A stretch of 64,000 nt of DNA from positions 211,055,741-211,119,740 of the forward strand of contig CM041465.1 in assembly GCA_023213395.1 (NCBI GenBank). The letters are read 5' to 3'. This document shows, piece by piece, positions 57,044-64,000 of the stretch. The notes under the pieces were generated by a model. It ran no database searches. It was not told the origin of the DNA and saw only the letters and a program-made list of their open reading frames with translations. A program made the translations under genes and the position numbers. The first letter of the stretch is position 1; every line of letters begins with the position of its first letter. Source of the DNA: Cycas panzhihuaensis. Taxonomy: Eukaryota; Plantae; Cycadophyta.

Positions 57044-57749
57044 CCAACACATAAAGTCACATGAGTTGGAATTTACTTAGGAGGACTTCCACATTTTTTT
57101 AGCCGATCACTTAGATAAGAATCCCTCCTAAAATACCACAAAATTACTCTCCCTAAAAATAATCTTCACACATTATTGTCTCTATGATATTAATTACACC
57201 CTTTCACAATGAGGAATGTGGAGAGTGAAAGGTGTTATGATATGACAAGCAATCCATTTGCTCTCTAGAGGGCTTTGGCATTAGAAAAAGGGAAAAATAT
57301 AAAAATAGCTTCTAAATGATAAGAAGATCGGCTTATTACTCTTTTAGATTGTATACATTTTTTAAAGTATTTTATATAAGTTAAGAAATAAAATAGAATT
57401 AAACTTGAAATTAGAGTTTTTAAAATTATTCAACCCCCAATGACATCTTCATGGGATTAATTTAAGATTAATATCACTTCATATTGTAATGCATATCTTC
57501 CTAGACTATTATTAATCACATATTAAATAATGCTCTATAGACAAACTAGAATGGTACAATTCTCTTAACCCAATTATATTATACTAGGTGGAATGGTTCT
57601 AATAACTATATGTTTTGTAATTATTGAACACCATTTTAGAATTATATCTACATTAAATATTTTGTTATACAAAAAATTGACATTTATATTATGTTTTTGT
57701 GGTTTTCTCAATACATGAAATCTAATCAAGGATAACATGGGCTTCTTTT

Positions 57750-59400
57750 GGTTTGACCATGACTCTTAAAATAATAATAGCCATTTATTTGTCCCCTCTT
57801 ATAACAATGATTTGTTCAAGAGGTCTATCAATTCTTGATAATCCACAAAAGGATTAAAAATGTTGCCTAGCAAGTAATGCCTAAATTTTTGGAGGGCATG
57901 GATTATATCCAAACCTCCATTTGTTGTCATCATATAATTATATGCAATTATAGTTAAGTTTTTATCTAGAAAGTATTCTAGATAGTTTACATTTTTACTT
58001 ATAAACTAGGTTGTAATATATCCAATAACATTTAAGAATGCATCAACATAGACTTATTTTTTCCCTTTTTCTTGTCAATTAAAAATTTTCAAGGTTGTCA
58101 TTTGGTTAATTTTAAGTTTTGATACATTGTACATTGAACACCATTTGCTTATTTGTCCCCCATGTCAAGGGCATATCTTGACTTGAGAGTTTCTCCATTG
58201 GTAGTCAAAGTTGAGCATTGTCTTTAATAATTTTTCTATAATAACTTATCATCTATAACAATTCTTAATTTGTTTTAGAGTAATTGAAATTATGAACAAT
58301 ATAATCAATTTCACTTGTGCCATATTTGTTAGTAACCCTTATTTTCCAAAAATGTGACTTAATAAAATTTGAAATGGTACCATAGATTTGTATATTAGAG
58401 GGTTAAGATATAATTTATGTATTTTTCACAATCTTTTGTAATGGCTCTTAGGTTTCTCAAACGATTATTCATTAAACTATATAGTGCCCAATCATAAAGT
58501 AAACCTTTCACCTTTGTATCAATTACCTTTTTAAATATATATAACACGAATTTATGAAATGATGTTGGGGCATTCATCAATTAAAATGGCATTTTTCAGT
58601 AAGCATGTATTCCTCATACCATCAAATGTGTGTATTTTTATTGATCTTTTGGGGATAATTTTAACCTAATTATAACCACTAAGACACTTGTAAAAACATC
58701 CACTTTAGAATCAACGACTCTCAAAGGCATATTTAGTAAATGATGTTGAAAATAGGTCTTTCTTACTGATTTCGTTAATGGTCAAATATCAAAACAAATA
58801 CATACTTTTCCAATTTTCTTTTTCAGCACCATCAGTAGTCTCATACACTAGTATTACCAACCTTGTAAATGCAATTTGATGGAAACATCTTATCTAACTC
58901 TATCTTTACTTGATCCTTAACCATAGGATTCTTCTAGGGAGGCCTTTGTCATACTAATTTTGCACCTTCCCCTAATTTTATCTTCTATACTCCAAACTTT
59001 AGTGGAATTCCTTGGCTTTGCAAGAGCCCACAAATATATTTGTTTCATGTGAATAATATTGAAGCCCTTTTGATAATGGTTGTATACTAATGTCCAAATA
59101 TTGACCTTATAAATCTTGAGTTCTTCATAAATACCCAACTTGTCTTTTTTTTCTTATGAGTTGGAGTCTCATTATTTACTCTTTCGTCATATATTATGTT
59201 TGTGTACTTAAGCGCAAACTTCCTTACCTTTCAAGGTTCCTCACCATTGATTAAAGCTTCTATATCTTATACTTCATCTTGAGGCTTAAGCTTGGTCCTA
59301 TCTTTAGACCAAGATTTGTTAGATTATAAGCTTAAATAGGTATATGATTTCTCTCCAAGTTTTTCGTTCTCACCATAAATTGATCAATTGTTCCCCACTC
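57750..59400 (-). mobile_element. Degenerate Ty3/Gypsy (non-chromovirus-like) RT-RNase H
   Basis: Minus strand MPF.LMNAPTSF (~58560-58595; ORF 58395-58580), ICFD... and SGYN motifs upstream. Many stops. Confidence 0.7.
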
Positions 59401-60249
59401 TCCAGCCCCCAACTTTCCATACCTTTATTTCCAAATGATTATAGAAAATTCACTCTTCATCCTATTTGATTCTCTTTTACTTTTCTGATTCTCTACTTAG
59501 ATTTTAATTCTCTCTATCATTGTAGTATTATAAATAACTAGTCCAAAGGAAGTTTTAGCATGCTTTGCTTTTTTAGTTCATTTCTATAGAGTTTAATATA
59601 TTTAATAGATTTTAACTTTTATTAAAAAATAGTAATGATGATTTTAATTCATCACCAAATTATATTTAAAAATACTTTTGTAATAATATCTAAAGAGAAA
59701 ATATAATCGTAGAAGCAATATATTAATAGAACTTTAAACTATGCAAAGAACAAATAGTATAAACAAACTAAGTACACAACAAAGAACACTGGGAGATTTT
59801 AGTCTAAGTATAGATCTTTTATTAATCTAAGCAACAACTAAAGAATTACATAGATGAAAAATTCCAACTCTTCTTATTGACTCATTAAAGACTCATCCAA
59901 ACTTTTACATGTACCATTACATAATGATATATAGACACAACTTTACAAGATACTGCCTTGTAGTTTTACAATATAATGGACATAAGCCATGGGTCGAAAA
60001 AGGCCCCCATAAGACACCTAAAAAGTTTTCTCAGGAGCTTTCACCTGTAAACCCCTGCATGGGGGGTCATTGGCCCCTTAGACCCACCAGTCGAAGGCCC
60101 TACAATGGGCCTCTAGACCCCATAAAAGGGGATTAGATGTAATGCTTATACCTATGTAACACTTGCAAAGTGTTCAACATATCCAACAATATCTATAATG
60201 TCATCTCACTTCTATATGCCATATGCCAATATAAGGTTAGGCTTTTAAG

Positions 60250-62462
60250 TATTAACGGTACTAGTATTCTCCACTACTTCCTTTCCCAATTGCGTAAATC
60301 CCTGTAATACTTAATGCAACATTGTGTATGTTAAATTGTTTTCTTCATAAAATGATATTTAATAAATTTCATAGATTTTGTATAACATTAGAAGTGACCT
60401 TATTAGTTATCTTATTGTATCTTTATTTTCTTCCTTCTTTAATCATGTTTCATAGAATTTCTCATCACTTTATCTTGAATTAGTATTATAAAGTTCTTCC
60501 CCACCACTTGATTAAGAATCTCCTTCCTCATATAATATAAATTATTCAATATCACTCACTTCATAGACCTTTTGAGCCATTTGGCTAACATAAGGGTGGT
60601 GCTTATGCTCCTCTCTTCCTTGTCTAATTTAATTTAGCATAAATAAAGCATTGCATATCCTTTAATTTCTTCATTACATCCTACTATATATTAGTAATTT
60701 AACTTAGAATAAGAATTATCTATAGACTCCCTTGATATAGCTGCAATTAGGGTTCGATTATCAATTTGTTCATATTCTACCTTTATTGAAGCCATAACCA
60801 TTCTTATTTATTTATTTTTGCCATGTAATGTAAAGGTATGGGTTCTCTAATTTAAAATAGTTTTAATGGAATAAATCCATTATCATTAAAAGGTAGACTA
60901 CAAGTATGCTCTTGCATCCATTTTGGTTATCACAAAATACTATTTTATCCATAATCATCCCCATTGGGTTGATTGTCATATAATTAGCTAGTTTTAGAGA
61001 GAATATTAAGTATGTTAAATGCCAGTTCCTTATTTAACTTCATGTTTCCTTAAGTAATGCATTAACCCTCTTAACCTTCATCCACGGAGTTATTATTTAC
61101 CATGAGATCATCAATTAACATCTTATTTTATGCTCTTTAGTTTTAAAATCCTCCTCTCTTTTTTTGTCCCTTTTTCAAACATTTAGGACCTCCTTGTTAT
61201 AAGAAAGTATATTTAAATACCCTAAACTTCACCATTTAAACACCTTCATAAGGAGAACTATTAGTCCAAACTCTTTTATTAATTCTCATAACAATAACAA
61301 TTTTTAACTCCTAAAGAGTTCTCTTAGGTGCCTTACTTTTGATATTTTAATTTTCTTGAGTGTAGACTATAATTCTAGTTGTATTTCCTTATGGTTTCTA
61401 ATACATTTTAAGGAAAAAATTTAATAATCTTTTAATTTACAATAGTATTTTCTCTTATTTCCAAATCCATAGTTACTATCCTTCTTGTTGTTGCTAGTTC
61501 TTTGATGTGTTCAATAATAGTTTCCACTTCTACTAATCATCAATTTTCTTCCATGAATTTGGAAGTTTTTTGTTTTAAATTTAATGGTTTGATTTTTGAT
61601 ATAATTCTTATGTAAACCATTATATTTATTTCCGCATCTATAATTATTGTGATTATATTAGAAAATTTCATTTTCTAGGGATGCTTTAGACAATATTGTC
61701 ACTCATGATCTCCATGTCCACAATTTCTACAACATTATTCTACATTAAGTGAGCGACAATATTCCTTGTAATGGAATGATACTTTACATTTAAGTATTAT
61801 CCATTGAAGATTTTCTCTTCTAGTGCATGTCCTAAGTAGATATACACCCTAGGGAATTGCACGTTTGCTCCTTTTACAACCTCACCCACTACCTCTCTAG
61901 TGCTAACAATCTTCACTATTGAGAATAGCCAACTTACATTCTTCACATCACTTCATCATTTTTTGTCTCTCAGTAGATATTCTATCATTTGTATTCTTCA
62001 GTCACTTATATTTCCTCAACTTTAGTTGTTCCTATTCTATTTTTAGCATTTTTACCATATTAGTTAACTCTGAGTTCATCTTTACTTTCATTGGAGCCAT
62101 ATGTTGAATTGCTCTTAATTCTCCATTTCACTTTGTAATTTATACATTTCTTACTCCACTCTTGGTTTCTTGGCACAAATTCTAGTGCCATATATCATTT
62201 TGTATATGAGTCTTAGTTACATATTCAATGAATGGAACTTAAAACTATGGCAATAACCATTACCAAATAATGCATGAACAGATCATCCACTCCATTTAAC
62301 ATTTTGGATATTGATTTACAAATATGACAATGGTAATCTCAAGTTGATTCATCATGTATTTCCTTCATCCCACATAATAACTACTAAATGATTGTATAAT
62401 GCCTTCTAAAATCTATGAAAAAACTATTTCTACTACTATTCCCAACTTATTTTTATTGGCTA
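60250..62462 (-). mobile_element. Probable L1-type LINE remnant (ORF1 zinc knuckle + APE endonuclease start)
   Basis: Minus strand CRNCGHGDHE.QYC knuckle (~61690-61735), followed downstream by degenerate ISW.N...KET and ITNIY motifs (~61110-60680). Very decayed. Confidence 0.45.
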
Positions 62463-64000
62463 TGGGATGCGCATCTACGAGATGGCTACCTAACTGAGTA
62501 GGAATGGTAAGAGCGGTCAATAGTACAATTGAGAAAAGACCTACAAGTAGGGCAAATATCACGCAGGGTACCCCGTGCGCCAGAGCGCGAGTTCATGACC
62601 TGCAAATGGAATCTAGCTACCTGGAAGTGGCTCCCCACTTCAAACAAGAGGAGGAGAGGTGTAGGGTTAGCCTGGGTTGACCTAAGGAAAGGATCCTCCC
62701 ACCCTTGGATGGCCAGAAGGGGAAGGAGAGAACCCTTTGAGGGTTTCCCTAAAGCAAAGGGAAACAAGAAAAGGTAGGCAAGTGGGTGGCCTACAGATGG
62801 GATCACCTCGATTACCCAGCTAAGCAGAATAAACCGAGAAGGAGCGCAAAGAAAATAACAAAAAGGAAAAGTCACGATGTGCGCAAGCAAACTTAACCAA
62901 GCAAGGCAAGTGGATGAAGCAAGAGGGAAGTTTGTAACACAACAGGGGGAAAAGGTGAAAGGGAAGGCTTCCTAGACCTTTTCCTATAGCGAATAAAATG
63001 CAAGTGATAAAGTAAACAAAGTATAAACCAAGACAAAGGTTGATTTCCCTTTCTCTTTCCAATAAGCTAATTACTGCTACGTAAAAGAACTCAAAAGGAA
63101 AATAAAAGTGGTGAAGTAGAGCGAGGGTGTGTACCTGGAATGGAAGCGTGTCGAAATGACAACGTTCCCAAGAGGCACCCGAAGTTGCTCCATAAGGCGC
63201 GGTGGACGTGAAGGGTTACGGTCGACTAGAATATGAGGCTCCCTTACCTTCCCCGAAAATAGCACTAAAGTACCAAGAAAGGAAAGGAAAGGAACGAAAT
63301 ACTAACAATGAATGAAATATGAAAGTAAATCATAAATGGAAGTACTTACCCATGAAGGAAGAAAGAGGAACGGATCCTTTGCGTCTTTCAAATATCTGCA
63401 AGTAAATGACAATATCCCCCTTTCTAGAGAAAGGGTACTAACATACAATAAGTAGCCCTAACAATACATGTACATATGAAGTAAGTATAAACTTAAATAC
63501 ATGCATGTTAGTATTCAATATAATGATGATACACTATAGAGAAAAACAACCAAAATAGATGGAGAGTAACCGGTAAGCCTTAGAGTAGCCCACCTCCCGC
63601 AAGGAACAACCCTACTCTCCCCCAAGAAGCCATAAGGCTGCGAGGGTAAGGCTGCGCAAGAGGGCTAGAAATAGAGGCAAAAGGGTTGGAAAGACCCCAA
63701 GAGGACCTACAGCAAGCCGGGGTGCTATGGGGAGTAAACTAGATTGCCGGAGACGGAGTTGGGCAAGGGACAAGTAGCCAGGGCTTATGTGAGTTGCCCG
63801 AATCAAGGTGCAAGCCCTCAAACTAGCACTGCAACGAGTGATAGCACTGATTTCAATAGCTAAAAATGGCTTAACAAACCCTTGTTTGATTGCCAAGAGC
63901 AGCACGGGGCAAAAGGGAAGGTTTGGAGGGCCAAGAGCCACTTAAGGAGCGTGGAAGGTGGTGCAAAATCCACCCAGCTCTCACCCAAACCCTATGCAAC
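62463..64000 (-). mobile_element. 3' part of a long LTR related to the 8348 solo LTR (runs off the right edge)
   Basis: Reverse complement ends ...gtagatgcgcatccCA versus ...atagacgcgattcCA at 16234. Shared cttct.gccatccaaggg..gga.ga.cc block. Abrupt GC/CpG rise at 62463. Confidence 0.75.

Noticed and set aside
59679-60179. Candidate solo LTR (TG...CA, GC-rich core)
   Set aside because: LTR-like composition, but no matching TSD or partner LTR could be found.
62486-63941. Several 60-134 aa ORFs in the GC-rich right end
   Set aside because: They lie in LTR sequence and are not preserved in the related 8348 LTR copy.

Overview
Eukaryotic, AT-rich, CpG-depleted plant genomic DNA (style suggests a large-genome seed plant, possibly a gymnosperm; inference only). 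About 85-90% of the window is a nest of decayed LTR retrotransposons (Ty1/Copia and Ty3/Gypsy) plus a probable L1 LINE remnant. Four insertions can be delimited to the base by terminal repeats and 5-bp target-site duplications: a ~2.9-kb solo LTR (8348-16234, TSD CTGTG); a young gag-only non-autonomous Copia element inside it (10529-15475, TSD CTTAC); an Athila-like element with no gag/RT but a large unknown 3' ORF (23522-27816, TSD CATTT); and an internally shredded Copia (38660-43080, TSD GTTTT/GTTTC). The only host gene is a non-RD LRR receptor-like kinase (subfamily XII, FLS2/EFR/XA21 type) at ~52896-56149. It is a pseudogene: its 5' end is fused to an antisense Copia, it has several frameshifts and stops, and it carries a fold-back (template-switch) insertion. 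There is also a short importin-alpha fragment. I found no intact protein-coding gene and no clear new multi-gene system. The most unusual signals are retroelement architectures: PBS micro-arrays inside LTR ends, colinear splice signals in a long LTR, an unknown 3' ORF, and a CpG-retaining mosaic leader.
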